56,988 bases of DNA, filler included, from Ionaspis alba (GCA_964255285.1; 4 parts of 4 records of this genome joined end to end with filler, not necessarily neighbours in it), one strand, 5' to 3'. Numbered from the whole stretch's first letter, positions 1 through 14,283 are shown. Notes: generated from the sequence alone by a model not told the origin. Numbers and translations are program-made.

Positions 1-545
1 AAAACCACATACGATGAATGCGTCAAAAGGTATAAACATATCCCTATAAAAACGCCTCAGATTCGAAGAAGCCAAATTGGTCTCAAAGAACGCCGTAGTT
101 CTGAATCCAGGTCCGCGAGTATTGAAGAACGCGATGAAGTAATCATGATGATAATGACGAAGAAGAATAGATGCAAGTAGCCACCGGTATAAAACGCCTG
201 GTATGATAAGGATGCGATAGTTGGTATTGAGAGATAGATTCAAAGGCGAGGTCGTAGACATACAAGGAGGTAGGCGGTAATGATGAGTATAGAGGCGACA
301 AGTGTGAGGACACGGCTGTGGCGAGATAGCCTTGCGGTTTCGTGAGAATGCAAGACATTATCGACGACATAATTGCGTCGGGCACTCCAGGTGGTGGATG
401 AGTGGTTGTCGTCGATGCAAACGGTATTGCCGTCTGCGTGCCAGGTCTTTACGTCTTCCTTGGGACTGATGACAGGCTGCCAATAATGCAAGAGATGGCC
501 TTGAGAAGGCGATGATGAATAGCGGTCAGGAGTTCGAGATCCAAG

Positions 546-2033
546 TCAATGGCCTTCCCTAGGTGGCTGATCACTCCCCGGCTCTCCCGGTGCCGCCCTG
601 CCATTCTCCCCCCTCGCTCGTCGCCAGGCCGCATTCCCCGTTGTCCTAGCAGGGAGTTTGATCTCATCTCCATTGCCTTGTACAGCAGGCACCTGTCCAG
701 TCGCGGCCGGGATAATCTTCTCGATCTCGGCCGTCAAGGCGGAGACAACATAACCTCTCAGTTCCCTGTCCTCGCGCTGGTCTTCCTTGATGAGACGTCG
801 CTTTTCGTCTTTGGAAAGGTTGTCACGACGTAGACGCTTGATTTCGTTGGTGATGTACATGAGGACTTCTTCGGGGCAGCGATTGCGGTCGAGGGAGTGG
901 GCGGCGGGGTTACGCACGTAGCGGCGAGTCACGTCGGTGGCGCCGTCCATGGAGAAGGCGATGCAGTAGGACATTTTCTTGCCCCAGCCTTTCAGTGAAG
1001 TTAGCGAAATGTTCGGGGTTAGAGGAAGAGGTTGGAGATGGAGGAGTACGAACCTTCACAGTAGAGCCGAGGATTATCCCAAGCTTCTTCGCAAGCATCG
1101 ACGTGAATCCATCGCTTCTGTTGCTCCGAGTAGACCTCCGTCCAGACGTGATCCTCGGCATTCCAGACCCACCGGACACGACCACCGACAGCACGACACA
1201 ACATGCTGAAGCAGTTGGCCCATTCACCGCAGCGTCCTCGTCGTGATTGAAGAATAGCCCAGACGTCACTGTATCGAGGGAATCGTTCATAGGCTCGACA
1301 ATCAGCTGCCGAACATTGGTACAGCTCGACCCGTGCGGCACCTCGAGCCTTTTCGTCCTGGTCTGGCGGGGTCATGCCGACGGCAATTGTCGGGGTGCCG
1401 CAGACGGGGCATGGTGGGTTATTGACCCATGTCATGTATGACCTTTTGAACCATCTGAGGAAGGGAAAGGTTAGGCAATGTTCATCTGTCCATCGACGGG
1501 GACACGGAGGCAACGTACTTTAGTAATGCCCGTATGACGCAATCCTGGTAACCCCATTCCGGTTTACGACCATCTCCTAGACTTGCTGCCTGGGCTTGTA
1601 ATATCTGACTCTCCTCCTCTGCCTCACCATAGATTGTGTCCAAGGGAATTACTGAGAGCGCATCGTCCAAGAGACCAGGATTTTCGTACTTTAGTGGGGT
1701 AACAGAAACGGCGAGGAGAAGATTGCGAAATTTGAGCGACGCGGGATCTTGAGGTGGAGCTGCGACTTTGGGTAGATTGCGCAAGGAAGAGTATGATGGT
1801 GGTACGATGGTCGAGCTGGTTGAGGCATGTCGAGATAAGGATGACTGAGGATATGGCGACGAAGCATCTCGTCGTGATGATCGTGATCGGTCGGCGAGTT
1901 CAGTGAGCCGTCTTGTACTTAGCAATTGCTCGAATCGATTTGTGAGTTCTGCCGCATCGAAATCGGCTGGCCGCGGTCGAGATGGTCTCCTTAGATCGTT
2001 GTTGGGGTTGTGACTGTAGTATCGGTCCGCCAT
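546..2033 (-). CDS. PNG1: Peptide:N-glycanase (transglutaminase fold); exons 2033-1519, 1454-1054, 988-546
   Basis: Motifs [55 protein letters not shown] and [13 protein letters not shown]. Two GT-AG introns with CTAAC branch sites restore the frame. Confidence 0.95.
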
Positions 2034-3779
2034 AACAAGGTCTTCCTCCCTTCACTTATCGCACACTCTGGCTGTTGTGTCGTTGACTACCAGTTGTGAT
2101 GATGGGTTCTGGTAGAGAGAGAGACAAGAGGAAGATTCTTTGAGATTGTAGAGTTGCGACGCAAGAGAGGGAGAGGACTCGTCACGTTGGCGGGATTGGG
2201 TCGCAGTCGTCAGCACAGCCTAGTTCGCCACTGGTAGCCAGTCAAACGGTTTCAGCCTCCAGATCTGCCTTTGCTGGATTGTTGAATCAATGAAAGCGAA
2301 CGAAGTAGTCGAAGACGTGAATGAGATTCCTCCTCTATTGGTCGTACTCAAGAGACGATGATGGGTGAATTGGAGGTGGTGAGGGAAGAGTGTGCTGGTT
2401 GTTCGGTCTGGAGAAGAGAATGCGGGCGGCAGAGGCACAAGGACAAGGACCCCGGTCGCTTGCACCAAGTGCGTCGTAATCCTCGACCAAAAGGACGACT
2501 AAGCCTGCGGGTACCCTACGCCCGAAGCAGTCAAGCGTGCCAAAGTCGCAAGAATGCAGAGAGAAAAGAATGGAGATGATATCGTGTATAGGTATATCGT
2601 GTATGTTGTCAAAGAAGAAATTAATTGATGATTATTGATGGTTGGTACTCCCTTGCTTTTGATTGCATCTCTTGCTCTGATATTAGCCTCCTAATAGATA
2701 TGTAACAATGCTGCACGAATAATCGTCCATAGAAAGTGCACATGCTCCCATATTATGTAGTACTCCTCCAACATCTCTGTCTCATATTATGGAACCCCCA
2801 TCATCATCCCACACACTTTCCCTCCCATCCCTGGGTTCCCCTTCCATCATCAGCCCCCTTGCTTTGTGTATCGATACAAACATTGATTTCTTACATCCAG
2901 GTCTCAACCTCAACCGCCTCCATAGCCCATCTTCCTTCCTTCCGACACTTCCCGTCCAAATACCGAGAACCAACACAAGCCACAGACAAACACCTTCCAG
3001 TACCTTTCTCGGAGATTTATCCAAACACAATGCCACGCAATCCCCTATTCGTCTCCAACGCCCCATGGTTCTTAAATAGACGCCCCAGCCAGCATTCGGC
3101 AGCCGCGCAATCTCCAATACTTGATGAATAAAATCATTAGTTCGCCTCAAAACTCAGTGTCACTCCACGCAATCAACAATAAAATCCTCTTAGACAGATC
3201 GGGGCATGTAAGCTGCATAGACGCGCGAGAGCCAATCGTAGACTGGGCGGAAGGCCAGATCGGGTTTAGTGCTGAGGACACGCGTCACGGTGGATTGCCG
3301 ACTCGAGGATTAGGGCCGACAGGGGTGACATGTGGCCCATCTTGCTTGAAGTTGTTGTCGATATTTCAAGGCTTTGTATGCCGGCTTCGAGAATGTCGTA
3401 CATTAGATGCGGTGGAATTCTTCGCGTTTAGAGCTTTATGGAATGGTTCGAGATGCCCTAAAACCCCACGCATCTGTTTCTAAGCAAAGGAAGATTGAGG
3501 CTGGTTTTGTGCTCATTCGTACTTCCATCGACCTGCAGGATTTGCACGGGGACAAATTCTGCTGACGGTTAATGGATTACGCAGCGTCATGCGATCGGAT
3601 CAAAATTTTGATGAGGTGGATTAGTCACTCTGATCATTAGTAGATCATCCCCACAAGGCACAGAAATTGTGCGCGAGAGGCTCTTCTTGTGGTTGGTTCC
3701 AGACTTTGGTAGATCGTCTTATATCATCTTAAGAACCATATCCACATGATAGGCAGAACACAATCCTGCACCACTCGTA

Positions 3780-6700
3780 CTATTTGACCCACTCCTGATC
3801 ACCATGATACCTCGGCGGCAAATCCAGATCCCACAACGGTCTCTCCACAAGCGCCACTTCCACTCCCAGCGAATCTTCGCAATCCTCGCCACTTGTACCC
3901 GTAACCCTTTCCTCGTCCTCATCCTCCCTCGCCAAAGGCACGATACCCAAGATCGGCCGATACTTGAACGTGAACCAATAATGCGGCCCCTTATCGAAAG
4001 TCGTCCGTGCCGCCTTCTCCTCACCGTTTGTTTCAGGCTCACCATCAAAATTCATTGAATCGCTATTGACTCCGTTTGCATCAACTAAATCAGCCGCTCC
4101 TCTGCGCAGGCGAACCAGTGCCGACGCCTGACCCGCCGCATCGTCCGAATCCACCTCGTCGTCGTCATCCTCGTCCTCATCCTCGGTAGGTTTGACAGGC
4201 TCCAACTCTAACGAGAACACTCTGGCATCTGTTTGGTCTGGCCCAACAATCCTACGCATGTTGTTACCGATGCCAAGATCCAACTCATCATTAATAATCT
4301 TGCTTCCAGCGCCAGTCGTATGCTTCATCAAGGCGCGCTTCTCCGTCCATGTATGGTCCCGTTTCCGTTTCTTGTTGATCGTCTCAATCTGGGTATTCGC
4401 TGTCGCTTCGTCGGAGTTGTCGTCGCTGCCTGGGAGATCGCGGGATAGATCAAACATCCAGAGCCAGGAGCTACCATAGAGCCAGACTCGTTCTCGGCCC
4501 CCGCTCATGTCCCAGAGACAATCCCGGGCTCGGTCTCGGTTGACTTTAAAAGGTTCGGGTAGACTGAGGGAAGGGTTTCTCCGAGACCAGTCTGATAGCT
4601 TGCCTTTCAGCACTTGATACTCGAGTAGTTGGTGCTCCGACGTCAGGATGAGTAACCTATCTTCTCCGCGCGGCAGGTCGTGAGAGTGCGGGTGTGGATT
4701 GTGTCGTGTGGGGTGGACAGCGATGGCCGTGTCACCGTTGACAGGACTGGCATTGGACGTCGGGTTAGAGGGGCGGAAAGATAGAATCAGGGGAGGGGAT
4801 GGGAGTTTCGGTAGAGCGGAAGTTGCTGGATTCCTTATCCAGTGTTGCCCAAAAATGATTGTTGGATGTTTTTCTGACAGCCCCTCCGCGTCAGAATCTT
4901 CGTCATCTTCACTCTCGGACGACTTTGATGTCGATCCTTGGTCAGCAGCCTCGTCATCACCTTGTTCAAGGTCCTCGTGGCCCTCTAGAATCCAATGATC
5001 GAGAGCGCCGGATAGATCCGCAACGACTAGGATGCGACTGTCGCTAGACCATGCGGCTCGGACAATTGATTTCTCATAGTCCCCGTGAGTGCCGTGTTTC
5101 AACTTCAAGATTGGATAGAAGTTCTTCCCTCGGTGGAGTTGCACCGTTTTATTCGAGACCTGTAGTTTAGCCTTCGCAGTCGTCTCCTTCGTGATCCGGT
5201 GAAGATGAATAGAGTCGTCCATCCGAACGACAAGTAACCACTTTGAATCGGGAGAGAATATAACAAGTTTCGCTCCGTGCATAGCCAATGCTTTCGGTGC
5301 TTCCACCTTCTGCACCTTTAAACAAATTGAGGTTGATGCTTTCGATGATTTCAGACGGAACACTTTGACTTCAGATATCGTCGAAGTGGCCAGCATTGTG
5401 CCGTTCGAAGCTAGACTTGTAGACGCAATATTCTCCTCACCCTGGACAAAGTGGTCAGATTCTGATCAGACTCGAGAACTTTACAAACATACCTGCAATG
5501 CGATTTTTGCAACGAGCTTCCGGGGCTGAATGGTATCGACTGTATCTTCGCCGTCTACTTGATTCAAGCTAGATCTTTCTATCCGCCAGATGTTGATCTC
5601 ACGATCCCACCAACTCAGAACGAGTCTTTTGCTAGGCGCACTTTGCACAGGAGGATTATGTGGAAACATGGGCAGAGAGCGAACATTTTCTCTTCCAAAT
5701 TTTCGGAGCGGTATTATGATAGGATTTGCGTCCAGACCTGAAGGCTCATTGTCAGTGAATTGCAATACAGCAGGTCAGACTCGTACTCGCCGCCGGAGGC
5801 CACAATACTCATGTCGCTCGATTCAAAGGTCGCCATAGTTTTGACATCATGTTCATGGTATCTCTGATGCGAGATCTCTGCCCATCGACTTCTCTGGCCC
5901 TTGCCGACTCCTCCCATCTGTTGATACATAGTGGTCCTACGATCCATGCCTCCACTGAATATTGTCGACCCATCAGCACTTACGGCCAAATCCAATATGT
6001 CCACTTTATGACTCTTGATGCGTTGTAACACGGTGTAGGTCTTGCTATCCCAAAATCTGACCTCGCCAGTAGAGTCGCCCGATACAATTGTCCCGTTTGG
6101 TAAACATTTAATGGACCAAACCAGAATCTCCGATGGCCCACCTTTCTTACCCGAGCCAAGAGACATGCTGCTGAGCTGCCGGCCATTCTGAATTGAAAAT
6201 GCTCTGATGGCGCTGTCCGCATAACCAGCGACGATCTTGTCACGGCCAAGAAAGGCAATACATAATACTCGGGACTTCTTTCCCGAAGGTCGAGACAGTG
6301 TCCGTAGAAACTTGAGATCGCCGTCTGCAGTCGAATGGAGAACCAGACTACCGTCCGCGCACCCAACGACCAGGTGCTGGTCGATTCTTTGCTCCCCATC
6401 AGCCTTCCTGACAGTCTGCCCTGGTCCTCCATAGCGGGGTTGTGCAGCTAGACACCAGATCTCCCCGTAGTTCCCACCAGAGTGGCGTATAGGTCTTCCG
6501 CTCGCAAGATCCCATTCTGTGATTACGGTGGAGTAACCCGTACTGAAAAGCCGTAGCTTGCCTGGTGCTTTCTGGCCCTCTGCAACATCCTCCTCCAGAT
6601 CTTGAGTCCAGACCAAACCTTCAATGCTACGGTCCTTCCCTCCTCTTAGTATGCTCTCCTGAACCCAAGAGCCTTTCCGTGGATTCCATATTTCGATATC

Positions 6701-6838
6701 GCCGTTGGCACGACCAATTGCAAGACGAAGGTTTGGGGGAGTATGGCCTTCTTCTCGGGGTATCGACGGGTGTGAGAAGGCAAGCGCATTGATCGCTGAC
6801 GCTGGGTAAGGAATGAATCGACAACGGTGGACATCCAT
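3780..6838 (-). CDS. UTP4: U3 snoRNP/SSU processome WD40 protein Utp4; exons 6838-5791, 5737-5492, 5441-3780
   Basis: N-terminus MDVHRCRFIPYPASAINALAFS and LRLAIGRANGDIEIWN, WD repeats, C-terminal HYWFTFKYRPILGIV and EVALVERPLWD. The first intron needs a GC donor. Confidence 0.93.
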
Positions 6839-9800
6839 GTTCTAGATCTTTGGTCAATACTTCTTGTTGTTTGCGCAAAGGCACTACGGCGCACCTAATA
6901 CAGGTCCGACTGCTTCACCGCACAAGCGGCGTTTGACAATCTGTCCCTCCCATCCTCTAAGACTGTTCCAACGACGGGTGCAGGTAGGAAAAGATGCTTG
7001 AGTTTATTGAACATCGAAGAGATAAAATTCTTGAAAGAGTTTAGCGTCGGCACCGAGGTTCCGATTGCCGACCAAGCCCTAACCACACTAGGCTTGAAGT
7101 AGAATATCTATTCCATTCAATGACAGTTCGTGAAATCCAATACGCCGGGGGTAGATCGACTTGTCCCTCGCCAAACAGACCCGAACCGTTGGTTATGGGG
7201 AGACTCCACCTTTACAGATGGTGATAAATTTCACAGAGATAGCTATCGTTAGTGGTTGTGTTCAGATATCGGATGATAATCAGAATATTCTACAGAACTT
7301 ATCGACCTACTGGCTACGTTCCTGGGGAAACCTTTTAGGTGCAGGCGGTGCATGTTCTCGTCTCGAACAGCTTAAGAGATGGTTGAGTAGCGGATTCTAC
7401 CCCGCTACGGGAAAAGTGTTTCAGAACCCTTTCAAATCACACACAGTCTGCGATTGAGAGCCGCCTCTCACGACCAAAATGGTGGGTTTGCCTGCTGTTT
7501 ATGATGTCGCGTGTACGCACAAGTAGGTGGAATCCTTCTGCAGCAGGCATTAGAGGTAAGCGTAGGATCGTTGTTGGTGGACACCCTGCTCTAGTCTAAT
7601 TATCTAACCCACGAAGCAAGGACCCCTATATGTACAACCGAGCACCCTCTGTGCTTCCGAATGCCGCGATAACCATCATGGTTTGGACTCGGTATAGAGT
7701 AAAGTACCTGAAGTACCAATACAACCGGAAACACACTTCTACCAGCAAACCGAAGAAGCAAATCTGCTGGCGTGCTTTCTATGCAGCTTCCCCTTCCTCG
7801 CATATTCAACAGCACGACATCCATCTGATGGCTCGGATTCTCGGAACTTAGACTTCTACCCCCCGGAGACAGAACAAGAAGCCATGAGAGGCCTAGAGCA
7901 ATGGCACTCGTGGCGTGCATTTCGGAGGGTGCCATGAGTGCTGGGATGAGCCCCGCGGTTGTAGCGCAGTTGGTCAATTGTTGGGGTGGGACACCTGAGG
8001 CCGAATCAGACGCGTGGATTCCTGGCGCGTTAATAGACGCGTTGAAAGTGGATCAGCCACCACTCGAATTCGTGGGAGGTGAAAGGGAAAGTCTTGGAAC
8101 TTCCAATTTTGGGATATTCCGGGGTATGAAAGACAGCTTATCTACACATACAGCTTTGCCAAGGGTTTCGGCATTGAAATATCGAGAGACATCTCCATGT
8201 TGAAGAACTGATCGAATGTTTGAGCAGGTAATACCTTTACTGGCAGGATACCTGCTCGTTGATCTTCAATTGCCACGGCATTGACTTGCTTTTCGCGGGG
8301 GCTTGGCAAGGTGGCGTCTGCGGTCTTTAGGGGCCGTGCTGAGAAAAGCCCCCGCAACTGACGTGATTGTGTCTCAAATCTACATTACGAGCAATTTGCC
8401 GAGCTGAACTCTAGATTGAAGCCGTCGGAGGAGTGGAAAGAGGCCGTAAGATGAACAAGTCTTGAACTGCCATCATGATCCAAACTCAATGGTCTCCGGC
8501 CTTAATTTGAGTTGAATCCACGGTCACGTCCAACGTCCGCCTTCTTAGAATGAACTGTGTTCCTGTTCCGCCAGACACCATTATTGCCGAACCTCTCTTC
8601 CTTCCGCTCCCTCCTCCAGCAATCAGGGGATGCGCGTATTTCGGGATCCACCCCATCTGGTTATCTTGCCCCGGGTTTCCGCTCTCGCCCGATCTTTACT
8701 ACCCACTAATGCCACATTCGACCAACGTCGATCTCAAATCTTGCTGCTCTGTTGCCGCTGAGCTGCAGCCTTCTGGCGTGGGTGTCTCTGAGAGATCTGG
8801 TAGCGATCCGATAGAGGTAAAGAGTGGAGAATGGCTTCGACCAATTCATGCTCGCTTTGGTCCATGCTACTCGTACCTTACTCGAGATGGTGAGGAAGTT
8901 ATTCCCGAATTGGTCCTTTGTGGACCTTGGGAGGCCGGCACGGCCACCAAAAATTTGCCCTGATTCACGACCTTGGTCCTGCCTGACGTGAAGCTGTCCT
9001 GACTGCCGTTAAGACTCTTCAGCCCGAATCCTACAGTGACGACCGTTGCATGCGGCCGAGGGCTCCACTTTCTGATGTTGGACGGACAATTGCACACCGA
9101 TATTACAGCCAAACGTCAAATGCACATTTCTCCAGGTAAGGGAGAGACTTTCAAATGTGGTTCTCATGCACACATAAGATACGGAGTACAGGAAGCCACG
9201 CAACAAACGCGCATTGAGCGACGCATGGCACTGCAGTGCCGATGTGATAGATCTATAATTGAAGCCCGCAACGTTCTAGCTGACTGGTCTCTCCTATATA
9301 ATAGTCCTGAAGTGCAGGTGTTATTGCAATCTCGTAGATGCGGAGAGGTAATATCGTTTGCAATCAGCTGGAGTCGACGGCTCACGATAAGTATATGAGT
9401 TGCCCTCTCAAGCTGGACTAAAGCATCTTACAAGATGAAGTAGCACAGGGAGCGGTAGAGTCCTCTGCATGCTGCATTGCGGCAGGGTCGAAAAGCAGGA
9501 ATCGAACCCAGGCTGAGAAGCGAAGGATTGGTTGGCGGGCGGATCCCCTAAGAGGCTTGGTGCTTCGCGATTCGATTAGTGCTCCCACAGGGAGAGGCAG
9601 GAGGCGAGCTGGGTGGTGGAGCGGGAAAAAGGGCAAGAGATAATTCGAGAGCCTCTTATTTGCTCCGGCACGCGATCCATGGGACGATCGTTGTCTAACA
9701 TCTCACAGCTGCAAAGCAACATCGCGCAGGACATGGCCTGAACGAACGCCGCCCTACACAGGATCAGCATGAACAAGAATCTTAGAGTTGATGAATGATA

Positions 9801-10920
9801 GGCTGTTGGCAGATGATCTGACGCCAGGGAGACGAAGGCGTAGCATTGGCGTAGGGGAGTGCAATTGTACGGAGTAGGGACTCCCGGAATAGTACGTGAC
9901 ACGGGGTCGGCGATGCTTGGACGCAAGCAAGCGTCCACCACAGCACTGGAGGATAATCTGTGTATCTGTGTATTCTCTTGTGTCGTGAGAAGGAAGAATG
10001 CCGCCGCGGTGAAAGGTGATACAGACCGGCAAAGTAACACTTGCAGTCTTGTCTCGAAGAACGATAGGCAGGCCAAGCAAGCGTGTCACGAAAGAGTTTC
10101 CCTCTCCTGCACCGTGAGCCGTGTGGAAAGCAAGCAAAGCAACGCGTAGGAGACTTATCCCAGAGAAGGGCCTCCAGGGAAGCCGACTGCTTGCAGTTTC
10201 TCCCGCCAACCATCATCCAACCCTCCGCCAAACCCCCCGGCATCTGGGGACAAGTCTTGACAAGGTTGTCACTGGGAGGTTGTTGCAGGGGAGGGCCAGC
10301 TCGCCAGCGAATTGCTGGCGCGGGTATCGATGATAGGCTGTCGCTGCGAGGATTCGCTGTCTCGAGCCCGGTCGACTCCCCTAAACCCTTTCCAGCACCC
10401 ATGTCAGGTCGTAGGCGTGCCTCAAATCTTGAAGTTCGAGTGCCAGCCTCAACCTTTCCCTCCTCAACCTTTGGAGAGCGTTGCTTGCTTTCTCCTCCTC
10501 ACTTCCCCCATCCTCACCCCTCCTCCCTCATTGTCCTCACTGCCTCTGCCAGTCATACAGAGGTTCTGAGTTGACTTTGGAGCTTTGGTTCGTCCCAGAT
10601 GTTGGTCTAGGCACGTCCATCTCCCGTCCCTTTTCTTCGAGCCGTGAGGGTGTCAATTCGTCGACAATCCCACTTCATCCACGGCTTCGACAAGTCTTTC
10701 CTATATCTCTCTATCCTCAATCCTACAGTCACATCAGTGGTACCTCAGATATCAAGCCTTAGTCCCGTGACTAGGCCGGATCGTTCATCAGGGTTACGTT
10801 TTGGAGCTGGGCGCTCTCCTACCTTTTCAACACCATCAGGAACATCAACATCAGGACGAGGCATCAATTGACCTACAACCATCAGACCAATAGATCTTCG
10901 ACTCAGCTAAAAGACAATCG

Positions 10921-11492
10921 GTAAGTCATTGACTCTTCTGCTCGCTTATCATTCACGGCCATTCACATCCGGGCCCCCAATACCCTCACTACACGAACCT
11001 TACCTCATNNNNNNNNNNNNNNNNNNNNNNNNNNNNNNNNNNNNNNNNNNNNNNNNNNNNNNNNNNNNNNNNNNNNNNNNNNNNNNNNNNNNNNNNNNNN
11101 NNNNNNNNGATCGTGGATCTCATGCGACCTTGAGGAGTATGTCTAGCCACCAACGATGTCAGTGGATTCGAGAGTATGCTGATAATGACTCCTTACGCAA
11201 AGCTCTTTCTCCACATTCTCGGCATCGACTAGGTTCGCCCAACACTTCGAAGAACAATCTCGCCAAAGCCAGGTTCTTCTCCTTGTGGTCCGGGACATCA
11301 AATCTGCCAATCATTCCAGACTAAAGCTGGCGAATCACGACTCTTCTCTTTCCCAAGGGAACTGATCGCTCGCTGGACGGCACATTCTTTAATTTACTAC
11401 ACTAAAGGTACGGACTGAACCTAAACTTCTCTCCGTATATCTGGGTTTTCATCTCATCTCGCCATACCATGCTAACATATAGCACATTCCAG
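10921..11492 (+). other. Putative 5'-UTR intron(s) of the cyclin gene
   Basis: G|GTAAGT donor at 10921, second donor GTACGG at 11408, branch CTAAC at 11472, acceptors TAG at 11482 and CAG at 11492. All lie upstream of ATG 11722 and downstream of a CT-rich tract (~10450-10550). Confidence 0.5.
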
Positions 11493-11721
11493 ATTTCCGA
11501 TCGACCTCTCAGTTTATAACTGGAGGACTTTCGTATCTATAGTGCTAATCACGACTACCAACTAATACACACTCCTTGTCGTGTTAAATAATCACTATCT
11601 TTAATTTCCTTTTTACTCACTTCAGTCACTCTCTTCCTTCTCAGTCCTTGCTCGTTGCAGCTTGGCCTTACGGCACCACTCGCAGCTCCCTTGCCAGACC
11701 CACCACATAAGTATCCAAGTC

Positions 11722-12974
11722 ATGTCGTCTCGTTTCCAGCCCTGTGATAGCTACTTCACTATGAACGAAGATGGGCAGGAGTCATTATTGCGTGCCCAGG
11801 CCAGAGAGCGTGAGGATCGCTTCAACAAGCAGGTGCAACTGACTATGGCACAACACCTGTCGGAGCTCACAAGACATGAATACGGTGAAGATATCGTGCG
11901 ACATCTGGAAGAACAGGAGGTCAGTAACAACATATAAAAACCCAATGATCCTTTACTAACCTCTTGGCTGCGCAGCTTAAAACACTACCTGATGTTGCTT
12001 CAATCGATATTCAGACGGAAATCCAGTGGTTCATGCGTCCCTATCTTCTTGACTTCTTAATTGAAGCTCATGCGGCGTTCGCCCTCTTGCCTGAGACGCT
12101 ATTCCTGGCTGTGAATATACTTGATCGATACTGCTCCAAAAGGATCGTTTACAGGAGGCACTATCAACTCGTCGGGTGTACCGCTCTTCTGATTGCTGCC
12201 AAGTATGGAGAATGCTCCAAGAAGGTTCCTCATATCCGAGAGCTTGCGAACATGTGCTGCCATCTCTATGATGAAGATATGTTCGTTCAGATGGAGAAGC
12301 ATGTCATGATTACCCTCGACTGGCTGGTTGGCGCTCCCACCATTGACGCCTTTTTGGAGATCCTCCTGGATGAAGGAATGTGCGATGCCGAGGTTGAGCA
12401 CATGGCTCGCTACATTTTGGAGATTGCTATGTTCCACAAGGAATTTGTCTCAAAACGTCCTTCCGATATGGCTAAAGCTTCGCTTGCCCTTTCTCGAGTG
12501 ATCCTCAATCGACCTCAAGGCACACCAGGTCGGTGGGCAACAAGCTACGATTCCTTGACACTGGTGTCTCTATCCCAGCAACTGCATCGTCCTTCACAGA
12601 TCTTGATGCAGAAGTACAAGTCGGCTCATCTGTCTCGCGCGTCCATGGTGTTGGAGAACTTCCTCACTCACCACGCAAGCATCTCAAGGAATTACGGAGC
12701 CCCACCCACTCCTCCTAGCGATGTTCCGTCTCCGATCGACGACAAGCATTCCGCCAATCCTGAGTCTTTCTGCACACCCCAGAAGAGCCAGTATCCGCCG
12801 AACATGCCTCATGGCTGCCTGACACCTCCAATCACACCTGACACTGAGACTTTTGCGGGATGCAATCCGACTTTACAAGCTCGCAAATTCCCTGCGACTC
12901 CGACCCCTCTGACACGTCAGCCGGTCGCGGAACGAGGTGTAACTTTCTATGCACCAGCAGGGCCGGTCTTTTAG
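11722..12974 (+). CDS. G1/S-type cyclin (Cln/Ccn1/PucA-like); exons 11722-11919, 11976-12974
   Basis: Cyclin box IDIQTEIQWFMRPYLLDFLIEAH...LFLAVNILDRYCSKRIV...YQLVGCTALLIAAKY. Pro/Ser/Thr-rich tail contains LTPPITP. Confidence 0.9.
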
Positions 12975-14183
12975 GTCTCCAACCTCCGTACAGAAGCTGG
13001 CTTATGACTGTCTCCGTCATGGGCAGCGTTGGTCACGAATTAGGTCTCCAATGGAGTTAAAGAACACTTACAGCCGCCAGATGGTCTCGTCTGGATTGTT
13101 CTCTCTTCACACTATACTATTTACATCGTCGTGCTGACGAAGACGTTCCTGATTACTCCAATCAAGAAAGTGGGGCATCATCCCCATACAGAAGCCATCA
13201 CCCATATTTGCTTCTTTCGATGAGTTTCATACCCTCGACACCTCGACCCTCCAACATACCTTGTACCAAACACCTGTATCCATCTTTGCATGAGCGTTGT
13301 CCTTGATCTTGCATACTAGCGTCCACGCATTTCACCCTGTTATGAGCGTCGTCTGTTTTCGAAACCGACTCCAAGGAGACTCACCAAATTGTCACAACTG
13401 GGCGGAAAGACATTGAGGGGAAGGGCTCCGAAAAACACACCAAAAGCACTTCCTATGTCTGGGTTGCTTTTTTCTTTTGCAGCAACGGTTTCAGCCTGCA
13501 CAGTCGGTATTGCAGCCGAGGGACGAAGGGAAGACGGGGGCACAAAGGGTGGCCCCTGGAGTCGGATCTGCACAGGCAACGGTTCTGCGATCTGAGGATA
13601 TATCTAACTATTTTCTGTATGATGACTGGGGCGATAATGGATATATACCCCCATGTCCTTTGCCACACCTTGGTCTTTAGCTGTCAAGGAAACTTTGCCT
13701 CCCACTGCGCACTCGTTCGCTCTTGTACATTAGCAGTGCGGAGGCGGTGGTTAGCTAGCTACACGATTAAGCTCGGGCAAAATGTTCAGCATGCGAATCT
13801 TCCAAAGGTTTCCTTTGGCGGTGAGAATGCTAATCTTAACCCTTTTCGATCCGAATAGCTCGAATTCCGCCTCCATGCCGAGTGAATTCCGCAACCTCCC
13901 CATTAGGTTGACCAACTCCTCAGCTAAATCTCTTGAGATGGTTACCTTTGTTATTGAGATTGTATTTATTGAGCCATAGATGTCATAGGGCTCTTCATAA
14001 TGTACAGAGATGCTCAAATTACATTAGTAGCACTCAGTAATTACCAAAGTCTATCATAAAGCATGGAGTAGCACTGCGGCGTTGTTCAACCCACCACACA
14101 TCCTTGTCCCCACCCCAGCCCTATCGTTCTTGTTGTCGTTGCCCCGCCGCCAGGCATCGACGATCAAACAGCCAAACCTATCT

Positions 14184-14283
14184 NNNNNNNNNNNNNNNNN
14201 NNNNNNNNNNNNNNNNNNNNNNNNNNNTTAATTAATTAANNNNNNNNNNNNNNNNNNNNNNNNNNNNNNNNNNNNNNNNNNNN
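14184..14283. other. Artificial scaffold linker (N44-TTAATTAATTAA-N44)
   Basis: Palindromic 12-mer with stop codons in all six frames at 14228-14239, centred in Ns. Confidence 0.95.

Noticed and set aside
2782..3340. Possible decayed minus-strand gene (…WLGRLFKNHGALETNRGLRGIVFG*ISEK…)
   Set aside because: Short, contains a stop, and matches no family I recognise.
3609..3633. TGATGA...CTGA C/D box-like pair
   Set aside because: Only ~25 nt apart, too short for a snoRNA.
13340..14017. Short minus-strand ORFs as the SET2 C-terminus or an orphan gene
   Set aside because: They lie on a different scaffold from SET2, with no motif or convincing splice structure.
14228..14239. TTAATTAATTAA palindromes as biological repeats or piggyBac TTAA sites
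   Set aside because: Each is exactly centred in N runs and encodes six-frame stops, so it is a synthetic linker.
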